Shown: positions 20,089-29,155, numbered from the stretch's first letter. The stretch: 64,000 bases of DNA from an uncultured Actinomycetes bacterium (GCA_963767005.1 CAVYCN010000002.1:32001-96000); one strand, 5' to 3'. Notes: a model not told the origin generated them from the sequence alone. Numbers and translations: made by a program.

Positions 20089-20138
20089 GGCGGTCCTGCG
20101 GTCGCGGAAACGCCGGCGGCGGCGCCGCCGGCGGGGAC

Positions 20139-20146
20139 AGTATAAT
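20139..20146. promoter_or_regulatory. Overlapping back-to-back -10 elements (bidirectional promoter)
   Basis: AGTATAAT reads TATAAT on + (20141-20146) and TATACT on - (20144-20139), between divergent genes. Confidence 0.6.
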
Positions 20147-20223
20147 CGGACGGCGACGACGCCCCCAAATCGGGCCCAACGGTCTCGGCCGGACGGCACG
20201 TGCGGCACGACACGACGAGGCAG

Positions 20224-21708
20224 GTGACGAGCGAGATGACCCAGCCCGACGGCGACAGCTCCGCACGAGGTGCTCACCTCGCGCTCGACGGCGACCTCAC
20301 CGAGCGGGACGGCCACCTCGTGCTCGACGGGGTCGACCTCGTCGAGCTCGCTCGCACCAACCCGACGCCGTTCTTCGTGTACTCGCCGCGGCGCATCCGC
20401 TGGAACGTGAGCAGCCTCGTGAACGCCTTCACCCGGCGTCACCTCGACACCGAGGTGTTCTTCGCCAGCAAGGCCTGCTCGAACCTCTGGTTCCTGGGCG
20501 AGGTGCGGCGTGCCGGCGTGAACGTCGAGGTGAACTCGGGCGGCGAGCTCTGGAAGGCGCAGCGTGCCGGCTTTGCCGGCCGCCAGATCGTGTTCAACGG
20601 CGTCGCCAAGACCCGCGACGAGATCGCCGCCGCGTTGCGCGCCGGCGTGCGCGGCTTGACCGTCGACTCGCTGTTCGAGCTCGAACGCATCGCCGAGGTC
20701 GCCGCCGAGCTCGGCCTTGCGGCGCCGGTCGACCTGCGCATCGACGTCGACGTGCCGACGCTCACACACCCCGGCCTCGTGACGGCCCACGGGGGCAAGG
20801 CCGGCATCGACTGGGACGACGCGCTCGACGCCTTCGCCTACGCGGCCGGCCACCGGGGGCTCGAGCCGCGCGGCCTCCACCTGCACATCGGCTCGCAGAT
20901 CACGGCGGTCGAGCCCTACCGCACGGCGGTCGAGAAGGCGCTCGACCTGATCGACGCGGTCGAGGCGAGCGGCGTGCGGCTCGAGCGGCTCAACACGGGC
21001 GGCGGTTTTGCCGTGCCGTACCGTGACCGGCCGGTCTGCGAGCCGGTCGACTACTTCTGCGCGCCGCTCACGATCGACGACTACGCCGAGGCCGTCTGCG
21101 AGCCGGTGGAGCGTCGCCGGCCCGGCTTCAAGCTCCTGCTCGAGCCGGGCCGCTTCATCGCCGGCTCCACCGCGCTGCTCGTGACGACGGTCGAGAGCGC
21201 CAAGGTGAAGGGTCGCCGCGATGAGACCGGGCGGCGCGTCGGCGACGAGCGCTGGCTCACGATCGACGCCGGCTTCAACACGCTGCTCGAGCACACCAAC
21301 TACCGCTGGTACTATCGCACGAGGGTGGCCAGCAGGGCGGGCGAGCCGGCCGACACGCCGTTCCGCCTGGCCGGGCCGCTGTGCGACGGTGGCGACGTGT
21401 TCGCCGGCGACGACGACACGCCGTACCGGCTCCTACCGGCCGCCACCGCGCCGGGCGACGTCGTCGTCTTCTTCGACGCGGGCGCCTACACCCTCGAGAT
21501 GATGAACCCCTACAACGCCCGTCCGCAGGCGGCGGCGTTCGCCGTCGAGCGCGGGGCGGCGCGTCTCATCCGCCGGGCGGACAGCCTCGAGGACCTCGTC
21601 GCCCACGACGTGCCGCTCCGGCGCTCGGGCGCGGTCCGCGGCAAGCCGGGCGCGGCGCGTGGCAAGCGGGGTGCGAAGGCCTCGCCCCAGGTCGCCGACC
21701 CGGCCTGA
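20224..21708 (+). CDS. lysA: Diaminopimelate decarboxylase-like fold III PLP decarboxylase
   Basis: FASKAC, NSGGE, HLHIGSQ, EPGR, GPLCDGGD and GAY motifs. Substrate is not certain. Confidence 0.75.
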   Translation: MTSEMTQPDGDSSARGAHLALDGDLTERDGHLVLDGVDLVELARTNPTPFFVYSPRRIRWNVSSLVNAFTRRHLDTEVFFASKACSNLWFLGEVRRAGVNVEVNSGGELWKAQRAGFAGRQIVFNGVAKTRDEIAAALRAGVRGLTVDSLFELERIAEVAAELGLAAPVDLRIDVDVPTLTHPGLVTAHGGKAGIDWDDALDAFAYAAGHRGLEPRGLHLHIGSQITAVEPYRTAVEKALDLIDAVEASGVRLERLNTGGGFAVPYRDRPVCEPVDYFCAPLTIDDYAEAVCEPVERRRPGFKLLLEPGRFIAGSTALLVTTVESAKVKGRRDETGRRVGDERWLTIDAGFNTLLEHTNYRWYYRTRVASRAGEPADTPFRLAGPLCDGGDVFAGDDDTPYRLLPAATAPGDVVVFFDAGAYTLEMMNPYNARPQAAAFAVERGAARLIRRADSLEDLVAHDVPLRRSGAVRGKPGAARGKRGAKASPQVADPA

Positions 21709-21816
21709 CCCGCCGCGCCGGCGTCGTGTGCCGGGCGCCTGACGAGCGCACCGGCCCGGCCATCTCCTTCACGAGGCGACGCTCGGCGACACTTGACTGT
21801 GCCGGGCGCGACTCGG

Positions 21817-22908
21817 TCAGACGGGCCGCGCGAGAACGCGCTCGGTGGTCGGTGCGACGGTGATCCGCAGGGCGACGTCGCAGTAGACCCGGGTGTTGGG
21901 CAGCGCGCGACGGTGGAGCTGCGCGGGCTGCGCGAACGTCGCGGCAGGCATGCTCACGTCGGCGCCGGCTCGCCGCCAGGCCGACACGAGCTCGTCTCGG
22001 CGCTCGCGCGAGGGCGCGAGCGCGATCAGGGACCGCCAGTTCGGACACGCGCCGACGCCGTCGGCACCCGCGCCGAGCACGGTGAGGCCGGCGGCCGTCA
22101 GACGCTCAGAGATCGCGGCCGCCAGATCGCGGCGACGGGCGACGACGTCGGCGAGCTCGGTCAGGGCGCGGGCACCGGCCGCGGCCGCCGCTTCGTCGAT
22201 GCGATAACCGTTGACCATGCCGTCGGCGCAGTCGTGCGAGAAGCACTCGTCGTCGGTGGCGATCACGGTCGAGCGGAGCGCGGTCAGGTGACGCTCGAGC
22301 TGCTCGGAGGCGGTCGAGACGAGCCCTCCCGAGGAGGGGCCGTCGCCGAAGGCGAACACGGCCAGCGCACCAGCGCCACCCACCGAGCGACCGTCGACGG
22401 TCGCCCCGAGCGCGGCCCGGCAGTCCTCGATGAGCGTGACGCCGCGGTCGTCGGCGACGCGCTGCAGGCCGTCGGTGAGCGCCGGATAGCCGGCCTCGTG
22501 CACGGTGAGGACGGCGCGCGTGTCCGGCCCGACGAGGCGGTTGGCGTCGGCGGCTTCGAGGAACGGGCGGTCGGGCGCTTCGATGTCGGCGAAGACGGGC
22601 CGCCCCCCGGCAAGGATGACCAGGTTGGCGGTCGCCGCCGGCGAGACGGCGGGCAGGATGACCTCGCCGCCGTCGCTCGCGTCGACTGCGAGCAGGGCCA
22701 GGTGCAGGCCGGCCGAGCCGCCGGCGACGGGCACGACGCGACGCCCCAGGAAGGCCTCGGCGGCGTCCTGCAGCCGCATGGCCGCCTGTCCCTGGGTGAG
22801 CCAGCCCGACTTGAGGGCGCCGGCCGCGAGGTCGTCGGCGCCCGACTCGACGTCGTCGCCGGCCCGTCTGCGTGGGAACCGCACTACCTTGTCGTCGCCG
22901 GAGTCCAC
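21817..22908 (-). CDS. DegT/DnrJ/EryC1/StrS aminotransferase-like protein, degenerate active site
   Basis: LKSGWLTQG, GSAGLHLAL, GGRPVFADI, LIEDC and NGYRIDE motifs, but no FSFxxxK lysine. Confidence 0.7.
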   Translation of the reverse strand: MDSGDDKVVRFPRRRAGDDVESGADDLAAGALKSGWLTQGQAAMRLQDAAEAFLGRRVVPVAGGSAGLHLALLAVDASDGGEVILPAVSPAATANLVILAGGRPVFADIEAPDRPFLEAADANRLVGPDTRAVLTVHEAGYPALTDGLQRVADDRGVTLIEDCRAALGATVDGRSVGGAGALAVFAFGDGPSSGGLVSTASEQLERHLTALRSTVIATDDECFSHDCADGMVNGYRIDEAAAAAGARALTELADVVARRRDLAAAISERLTAAGLTVLGAGADGVGACPNWRSLIALAPSRERRDELVSAWRRAGADVSMPAATFAQPAQLHRRALPNTRVYCDVALRITVAPTTERVLARPV

Positions 22909-23013
22909 ACTGACCGTCCCCTCGGAATGAGCCTGAAGTCCGCGCACGGACTGCGTACCCGTTCTCGCTGGAAACAAGGCGTACGACACCGTAGCCCTGG
23001 CGAGGCGTGATCG

Positions 23014-23055
23014 GCGGACGGCGGGGCCGGCCTTGAGGCCGGCCCCGCCGTCCGC
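23014..23055. terminator. 20-bp perfect GC-rich inverted repeat (terminator-like)
   Basis: GCGGACGGCGGGGCCGGCCT-TG-AGGCCGGCCCCGCCGTCCGC just downstream of the amidase stop. Confidence 0.7.
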
Positions 23056-23067
23056 ACGCGGCGATCT

Positions 23068-24288
23068 TCAGATGACGATACTAGCGCGCGTGTGCACGAA
23101 CCGATAGTGGGTGGATGAGGTGCCGAGCTTCCAGTAGACGTGGTAGTGGTCGGTGGTGTGGGCATCGACCACCCTCTGGCCGGCGCTGTTGGTGCCGACG
23201 AGCTCGGCGACGTGGTCCCAGGTGCCGTCGCCCGTCCAGTCGTAGTAGATGAAGTCGCCGGCGGAGAGGTCGGAGACGGTGGACACGACGTCGGTGTAGC
23301 GCAGGTTCCAGGCGCCTTGCTGGTTGGCCACCGCGATCCAGGCGTGGCTGTAGGTGTCGTTTCCGGGCGAGCTCGTGCCGGACTTGTCGTACCACCAGCC
23401 CGAGGAGTAGGTGTCGCCGAACTGTGGGTAGCCGCCGGCGTACATGACCTGGGAGCCGAAGTTGGCGCAGTCGCTGCTGAAGCTCACGTAGGTCGGGTTG
23501 TACGAGAGGGCGTAGCGGTCGGCGTAGGCCTTGGCCGCGCCGCGGTCGTAGCTGAGCTTGGCGACGTAGCCCGGCGCGGCGCCGGCGGGCGCCGCGCCCG
23601 CGGACGCGGTCGCCGGGGCCGTGGCGTACGGGGGCATGGCCACGGCGGCCGGCCGGACCGCGGCCGCGGCGGTCTTCTCGAGGCCGCGAGCGGCGCTGTC
23701 GACGACGGAGCGGGGAGCGCCGGCGGCCTGCAGGAGGCGCGGCGTGAGGTCGGAGGTGTAGCGGTCGGCGGCGACGAGCCAGCGGCCGGCGCGGCGGACG
23801 AGGATTACGACGTGATCGATGCCGTCGCCCTCGGTGTCGGTGCGACCGTCGGCCGCGGTCCAGGCGACGATCGTCACGGCGCGAGCGGCGACGACGGCCG
23901 TGCGGCCGTCGGCCGACAGCCGCACCCGGCCGACGGCGACGCGGCACGACACGCCGGTGACGCGGTGCCCGAGCTGAGCGGCCAGGCGCCGTCCGCCGCT
24001 CGCGAGCAGCAGTTCGCGAGCGGCGACCGGCGCGCCCGGCAGGCAGCGAGCGGCCAGGGCGTGACCGGCGGCCGGTGCGAGCAGGCAGCGGGCGCGCAGC
24101 CGCAGGTAGGCGGTCGCGGCGCCGGCCGGACCGCCGGTCGCGGCGGCGGGCTGCGTCGCCCGCGTCGCACAGCCGCCGCCTGCCCCGGCGGCAGCCACCG
24201 GGGCAGGCCCGGCGGCGACCGGCGCGGCCGCGAGCGGCAGCGCGAGCAGCGCGAGCAGCGCTGCGCGCGGTCGAGGGAGGTGGAGCAT
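23068..24288 (-). CDS. Secreted Amidase_6 (NlpC/P60-CHAP-like) domain protein
   Basis: Signal peptide, then YDRGAAKAYADRYA, DCANFGSQ, GDFIYYDW..DG..DH and DAHT motifs. Confidence 0.8.
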   Translation of the reverse strand: MLHLPRPRAALLALLALPLAAAPVAAGPAPVAAAGAGGGCATRATQPAAATGGPAGAATAYLRLRARCLLAPAAGHALAARCLPGAPVAARELLLASGGRRLAAQLGHRVTGVSCRVAVGRVRLSADGRTAVVAARAVTIVAWTAADGRTDTEGDGIDHVVILVRRAGRWLVAADRYTSDLTPRLLQAAGAPRSVVDSAARGLEKTAAAAVRPAAVAMPPYATAPATASAGAAPAGAAPGYVAKLSYDRGAAKAYADRYALSYNPTYVSFSSDCANFGSQVMYAGGYPQFGDTYSSGWWYDKSGTSSPGNDTYSHAWIAVANQQGAWNLRYTDVVSTVSDLSAGDFIYYDWTGDGTWDHVAELVGTNSAGQRVVDAHTTDHYHVYWKLGTSSTHYRFVHTRASIVI

Positions 24289-24311
24289 GGGGGACCCCCT
24301 TTCGGGTCGGG

Positions 24312-24860
24312 TTACGGGCTCGTGGTGACGGCTGTGATCAGCCAGTCCCCCGCGCTTCGCACCCTCCCCAGGGTGAAGAAGAGCGTCGTGCGGCCGCTCG
24401 GCAGCGGCGCGCCGCGTCGTGTGAACAGGCGCACGGTCGCGACGATCGTGATGGCGTCGGGGCCGGGCCCTCCCCGGACCCGAGCCGAGATGAGGTCGAT
24501 ATGGCGGATGCCGGCGAGCTCGCGGCACGGCCGGCAGCGCGGCCGGGCCAGCAGACGCCGGGCGTCGGCGAAGCGATGACGGTCGACGAAGCGCACCAGA
24601 CGTGCCACCGTGCAGGCCGCGAGCAGGCGCGCGGCGATGGGCGTCGTGGCCGCCGGCGGGGGCGCCGGCGAGGCGCTGCCGGCGAGGGGTGACGGGGTCG
24701 CGGCCGGCGACCGCGACCCCGCCACCGTGACGCCGCCGGCGGGCGCCGGCGTGACGGGTGCCGTCCGACCGCAGGCCGCCCAGACCGCGACCACCGCGAG
24801 CGCGGCCGCCGCCACGGCGAGCCGGCGGGCGATGCGGGTGCGGTGGGAGCGCGACGTCAT
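24312..24860 (-). CDS. Putative lipoprotein, DUF4829-like C-terminus
   Basis: Lipobox-like WAAC after a hydrophobic stretch, Pro/Ala linker, C-terminal TLFFTLGR..GDWLI. Confidence 0.55.
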   Translation of the reverse strand: MTSRSHRTRIARRLAVAAAALAVVAVWAACGRTAPVTPAPAGGVTVAGSRSPAATPSPLAGSASPAPPPAATTPIAARLLAACTVARLVRFVDRHRFADARRLLARPRCRPCRELAGIRHIDLISARVRGGPGPDAITIVATVRLFTRRGAPLPSGRTTLFFTLGRVRSAGDWLITAVTTSP

Positions 24861-24966
24861 GGCCTGATGCTGCGCGGCGGCCGCCCCGGCCTCAAGGATG
24901 ACGACAGCCACTCGGCGGTGACGTTGTCGTCGCGGCCGCCGGGCCGCCTGTGACACAATCGCCGGC

Positions 24967-25455
24967 GTGACCGGCGAGCCCCCCGACCTGCCCGATCTGC
25001 TCGGCGACCACCCGTCGCTCGGCCTCGTGCTGCGCCGCGACCTGGTGCGTGGCCTGCGCGCCGGCCTGGCGACCTTCTGGAGCCTGGCCAAGGCGATGAT
25101 CCCGGCCTACGCCCTGGCGCTCGTCCTCGAGAAGCTCGGCGCGGTGCGCGCGATCGCCCACGTCGCCCAGCCGGTGATGTCGCTGGTCGGCCTGCCGGGC
25201 TCGGCGGCCGTGCCGCTCGTGCTGGGCTGGGTGCTCAACGTCTATGCCGCCGTCGGCGCCATGACGGCGCTCCACCTGGACGCGCGCCAGATCACGGTGC
25301 TCGCCCTGGCCGTGCTGATCGGCCACAACCTGCTGGTCGAGGGCGCCGTGCTGCGCCGCGCCGGCATGAGCGGCGTCGGCTTCGGCGTCCTGCGCGCGGT
25401 CAGCGGCCTCGCCGCCGCCGGCCTCGCCAACCTGCTCATGAAGGCGCTGTCGTGA
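24967..25455 (+). CDS. Nucleoside recognition (Gate) domain membrane protein, part 1
   Basis: PVMSLVGLPG, NVYAAVG and HNLLVEGA motifs. Confidence 0.7.
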   Translation: MTGEPPDLPDLLGDHPSLGLVLRRDLVRGLRAGLATFWSLAKAMIPAYALALVLEKLGAVRAIAHVAQPVMSLVGLPGSAAVPLVLGWVLNVYAAVGAMTALHLDARQITVLALAVLIGHNLLVEGAVLRRAGMSGVGFGVLRAVSGLAAAGLANLLMKALS

Positions 25456-25943
25456 GTGCGCTGCTGTCGGAGTTCCTGCGCGGCTCGTTCAGCCTGCTGT
25501 GGCGCGTCTTCGTCATCGTCGTGCCGATCATGGTCGTGCTCGAGCTCTTCGAGGGCTCGCGGCCCTTCCGCGTGGTCGTGCGACTCTGGGCGCGCGTCAT
25601 GGCGCCGCTCGGCATGACCGACGAGATCGCCACCCCGACGCTGGTCGGCTTTCTGTTCGGCATCGCCTACGGCGGCGGCGTCATCATCCGCGAGACCGCC
25701 CGTCACAGCCTGCCGCGCCGGCAACTGTTCCTCATGAGCGTCTTCCTGAGCGAGGTGCACGCCATCTTCGAGGACTCGCTCGTGCTCATCGCCGTCGGCG
25801 CGTCGGCCGTGTGGGTGGTCGGCTTTCGCCTGGTCTGGGCCGCCGCGCTGACCGCGCTCCTGGGCGCGGGCGCGGCCGCCGTCGCGCGCCGCCGCGGCGG
25901 CGCGCGGCCGGACCGGCGCGAAGGCGAGCCGGGGAGCGAATGA
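25452..25943 (+). CDS. Nucleoside recognition (Gate) domain membrane protein, part 2
   Basis: GFLFGIAYGGGVII and HAIFEDS motifs. GTGA coupling to part 1. Confidence 0.7.
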   Translation: MSALLSEFLRGSFSLLWRVFVIVVPIMVVLELFEGSRPFRVVVRLWARVMAPLGMTDEIATPTLVGFLFGIAYGGGVIIRETARHSLPRRQLFLMSVFLSEVHAIFEDSLVLIAVGASAVWVVGFRLVWAAALTALLGAGAAAVARRRGGARPDRREGEPGSE

Positions 25944-25965
25944 AGCGCTTGCGACAGGGGTATTG

Positions 25966-25995
25966 TTGACAAGTCTTATCGGTTTCCGCTACCAA
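25966..25995 (+). promoter_or_regulatory. Probable promoter of the Rrf2-cys operon
   Basis: TTGACA at 25966-25971 within an AT-rich patch. The -10 is poorly matched. Confidence 0.4.
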
Positions 25996-26063
25996 TCAGA
26001 TGACTGCGCGCACCGGGTCCGCCCGGGACCGCTGCCGCGGCAGGCGACGACGAGCGAGCGACG

Positions 26064-26507
26064 ATGAACATCTCCGCCAAGAGCAAGTACGCGGTGCGCG
26101 CGCTGGTCGAGCTGGCCGAGCGTACGCAGGGCCAGCCCGGCCAGCTCGTCCGGCTCACCGACGTGGCCAAGGCGCGCAGCATCCCGCTGCAGTTCCTCGA
26201 GCAGCTCTTCGCCGGGCTGCGCCGGGCCGGCATCGTCAAGAGCCGGCGCGGCGCGAGCGGCGGCTTCGTGTTCGCGCGTCCGCCCGGCCAGGTCACGGTG
26301 CTCGACGTGGTCGAGACCCTCGACGGGCTCGTCTCGCCGGCGATCTGTACGCAGGGCGAGTGCGAGCGCATCGAGGAGTGTGGCGCGGCGGCGGTGTGGC
26401 TCGAGGCCAAGGAGGCGCTCGAGCAGGTGCTGCGTCAGACGACGATCGCCGACCTCGCCGAGCGCGAGCTCGCCCGCGCCCCCCACGAAGCCATGTACTA
26501 CATCTGA
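26064..26507 (+). CDS. Rrf2-family regulator (IscR/CymR-like) with three Cys
   Basis: [24 protein letters not shown]-x4-C-x5-C and a C-terminal MYYI tail. Confidence 0.88.
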   Translation: MNISAKSKYAVRALVELAERTQGQPGQLVRLTDVAKARSIPLQFLEQLFAGLRRAGIVKSRRGASGGFVFARPPGQVTVLDVVETLDGLVSPAICTQGECERIEECGAAAVWLEAKEALEQVLRQTTIADLAERELARAPHEAMYYI

Positions 26508-26526
26508 CAGCCAGCCGGAGGACCGT

Positions 26527-27480
26527 GTGAAGATCGCAGACGACATCACCCAGTTGATCGGCGCTACGCCGCTCGTGCACCTGCGCGCCCTCTCGGAGCG
26601 CAGCGGCGCCACCATCGTCGGCAAGCTCGAGTCGTTCAACCCGGGTGGCAGCGTCAAGGACCGCATCGGCCTGTCGATGATCGAGGCGGCCGAGCGCGCC
26701 GGCATGATCGCGCCGGGTCGCACGACGATCGTCGAGCCGACCAGCGGCAACGCCGGCATCGCCCTGGCCATGGTCACCGCCGCGCGCGGGTATCGCCTGA
26801 TCATCACCATGCCGGAGACCTTCAGCGTCGAACGTCGTACGCTGCTACGCGCGTACGGTGCCAAGCTCGTGCTCACGCCCGGTCCCGAGGGCATGCGCGG
26901 CGCGATCGAGCGCGCCGCCGAGGTCGTCGCCGAGACGCCCGACAGCTTCATGCCGCAGCAGTTCGAGAACCCGGCCAACCCCGCGATCCACCACGACGCG
27001 ACCGGCGACGAGATCTGGCGCGACACCGAGGGCGCCGTCGACGTCTTCGTGGCCGGCATCGGCACCGGCGGCACCATCACCGGCGTGGGTCGGCTCCTCA
27101 AGGAGCGCAAGCCCGCGGTCAGGGTCGTAGGGGTCGAACCCATCGAGTCGACCGTCCTGGCCGGAGGGCAGCCGGGGCCGCACCGCATCCAGGGTATCGG
27201 CGCCGGCTTCGTGCCCGCCGTGCTCGACACCGCGGTCTACGACGAGGTGCTCGCCGTGACCGGCGAGCAGGCGTTCGAGACGGCGCGCGCCCTGGCGGCC
27301 GGCGAGGGCCTCCTCGTCGGCATCTCTGCCGGCGCGAACGCGTTCGTCGCCGCCGAGGTCGGTGCCCGACCGGAGAACGCGGGCAAGCTCATCGTCACCA
27401 TCCTGTGCGACACCGGCGAGCGCTACCTGTCGACCACCCTGTTCGCCGAGCAGAGCGCCTCGGCGATGATCGGCGGCTGA
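26527..27480 (+). CDS. cysK: Cysteine synthase A
   Basis: SVKDRIG PLP lysine, [28 protein letters not shown]. Confidence 0.95.
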   Translation: MKIADDITQLIGATPLVHLRALSERSGATIVGKLESFNPGGSVKDRIGLSMIEAAERAGMIAPGRTTIVEPTSGNAGIALAMVTAARGYRLIITMPETFSVERRTLLRAYGAKLVLTPGPEGMRGAIERAAEVVAETPDSFMPQQFENPANPAIHHDATGDEIWRDTEGAVDVFVAGIGTGGTITGVGRLLKERKPAVRVVGVEPIESTVLAGGQPGPHRIQGIGAGFVPAVLDTAVYDEVLAVTGEQAFETARALAAGEGLLVGISAGANAFVAAEVGARPENAGKLIVTILCDTGERYLSTTLFAEQSASAMIGG

Positions 27481-28355
27481 TGGCCGACGCCGTGCACGAA
27501 GGCGCCGTGGGCGCCTCGCTGATCGCCGCCGTCGGCGCGCTGCTCGAGCCGCTCGAGCGGGCGCTGCGGCCGCTCGAGCACGTCTGCGTCGCCTTCTCCG
27601 GCGGCGTCGACTCGAGCGTCGTGCTGGCGGTCGCCGTGCGCGTGCTCGGAGCGTCGCGGGTGCTCGCCTTTACGGCCGTGTCCGAGACCTACCGCGACGA
27701 CGAGCTCGTGGCGGCCCGCGCCCTCGCGGACTCGCTCGGCGTGCGTCACCTCACCTGGCAGACCCGCGAGCTCGACGACCCGCGCTTCGTGGCCAACACG
27801 CGCGATCGCTGCTACGCGTGCAAGGCGACGCTGCTCGAGGCCATGGAGCGGGCGGCGGCCGAGGCCGGTGCGACCGCCCTGGTCGACGGCGCCAACCGCG
27901 ACGACCTGGGCGACGAGCGCCCCGGCATGCGGGCCGCCGCCGAGCGCGGCGTACGGCACCCGCTGATCGAGGCCGGGCTCGGCAAGGCGGCCGTGCGCAC
28001 CCTCGCCCGTGCCCTCGACCTGCCGGTCTGGAGCAAGCCCGCCGAAGCCTGTCTGGCCTCGCGCGTCGCGTATGGCGAGGCCGTCACGGCCGACAAGCTG
28101 CGTCAGGTGGCGGCGGCCGAGGACGTGCTGCGCGAGCTCGGTCTGGGCCCTGAGCTGCGCGTCCGTCACCACGGCGACGTCGCCCGTGTCGAGGTGCCGG
28201 CCGAGCAGGTCGAGCGCGCCGCCGGCGCCGAGGTGCGGACGGCCGTCGACCGCCGCCTGCGGGCGCTCGGCTTCACGTACGTCGCCCTCGACCTGCAGGG
28301 CTTTCGCTCGGGCAGCATGAACGAAGCCCCACGACCCGAAAGGAGCGCCCCGTGA
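27480..28355 (+). CDS. larE: ATP-dependent sulfur transferase LarE (PP-loop)
   Basis: SGGVDS, RCYACK, DG.N.DD...RPG, ACLASR, RVRHH, GFRSGSMN. Confidence 0.9.
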   Translation: MADAVHEGAVGASLIAAVGALLEPLERALRPLEHVCVAFSGGVDSSVVLAVAVRVLGASRVLAFTAVSETYRDDELVAARALADSLGVRHLTWQTRELDDPRFVANTRDRCYACKATLLEAMERAAAEAGATALVDGANRDDLGDERPGMRAAAERGVRHPLIEAGLGKAAVRTLARALDLPVWSKPAEACLASRVAYGEAVTADKLRQVAAAEDVLRELGLGPELRVRHHGDVARVEVPAEQVERAAGAEVRTAVDRRLRALGFTYVALDLQGFRSGSMNEAPRPERSAP

Positions 28356-29155
28356 ACCGCCCGCTCGCCACGATGGCCGATGCCGCCGAGGGCGCGTGGT
28401 GCGCCGTGCGGGGCGGCCGGCTGCGGCACTTCGTGGCGCGCATGCGCCGCGACGTGCAGGCCGTCAAGGAGCGCGATCCGGCGGCCACCAGTTCGTTCGA
28501 GATCGTCACCTCGTACTCGGGTCTGCACGCCCTCTGGCTGCACCGCGTCGCCCATCCTCTGTACCGCTGCGGTGTGCCGATCGTGCCGCGCTGGCTCTCG
28601 CAGTTCAACCGGTTCCTGACCGGCATCGAGATCCACCCCGGGGCGCAGGTCGGCGAGGGCTTCTTCATCGACCACGGCTCGGGTGTCGTGATCGGCGAGA
28701 CCACCGAGATCGGCGACAACGTCACCCTCTACCAGGGCGTCACCCTCGGCGGCACAGGCAAGGAGCACGGCAAGCGCCACCCCACGCTCGGCGACAACAT
28801 CGTGGTGGGCTCGGGAGCGAGCGTGCTCGGCTCGATCAGGATCGGCGACAACGCCAAGATCGGCTCGGGCAGCGTGGTCGTGCACGACGTGCCGGCCAAC
28901 GCCACCGTGGTCGGCAACCCGGGTCACCCGGTGGTGGTCGACGGTCAGCGCGTCGGCATCCCCGACATCGACTACACCCACCTGCCCGACCCGGTGGCCG
29001 AGGCGCTCAAGTGCGTCGTCGATCGCATCATCGCCCTCGAGCAGGAGCTCGACGAGATCGACCCGGCGCGCAAGGATCGCCGCCGCTCGCGCATTGCCGT
29101 CAACCAGGCGACCCTCGACCGCCTGCTGCACTTCAGCGACGGGGCCGGGATCTAG
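28352..29155 (+). CDS. cysE: Serine O-acetyltransferase
   Basis: RDPAA, TGIEIHPGA, IDHG.GVVIGET, GGTGKE.GKRHP. Confidence 0.95.
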   Translation: MNRPLATMADAAEGAWCAVRGGRLRHFVARMRRDVQAVKERDPAATSSFEIVTSYSGLHALWLHRVAHPLYRCGVPIVPRWLSQFNRFLTGIEIHPGAQVGEGFFIDHGSGVVIGETTEIGDNVTLYQGVTLGGTGKEHGKRHPTLGDNIVVGSGASVLGSIRIGDNAKIGSGSVVVHDVPANATVVGNPGHPVVVDGQRVGIPDIDYTHLPDPVAEALKCVVDRIIALEQELDEIDPARKDRRRSRIAVNQATLDRLLHFSDGAGI

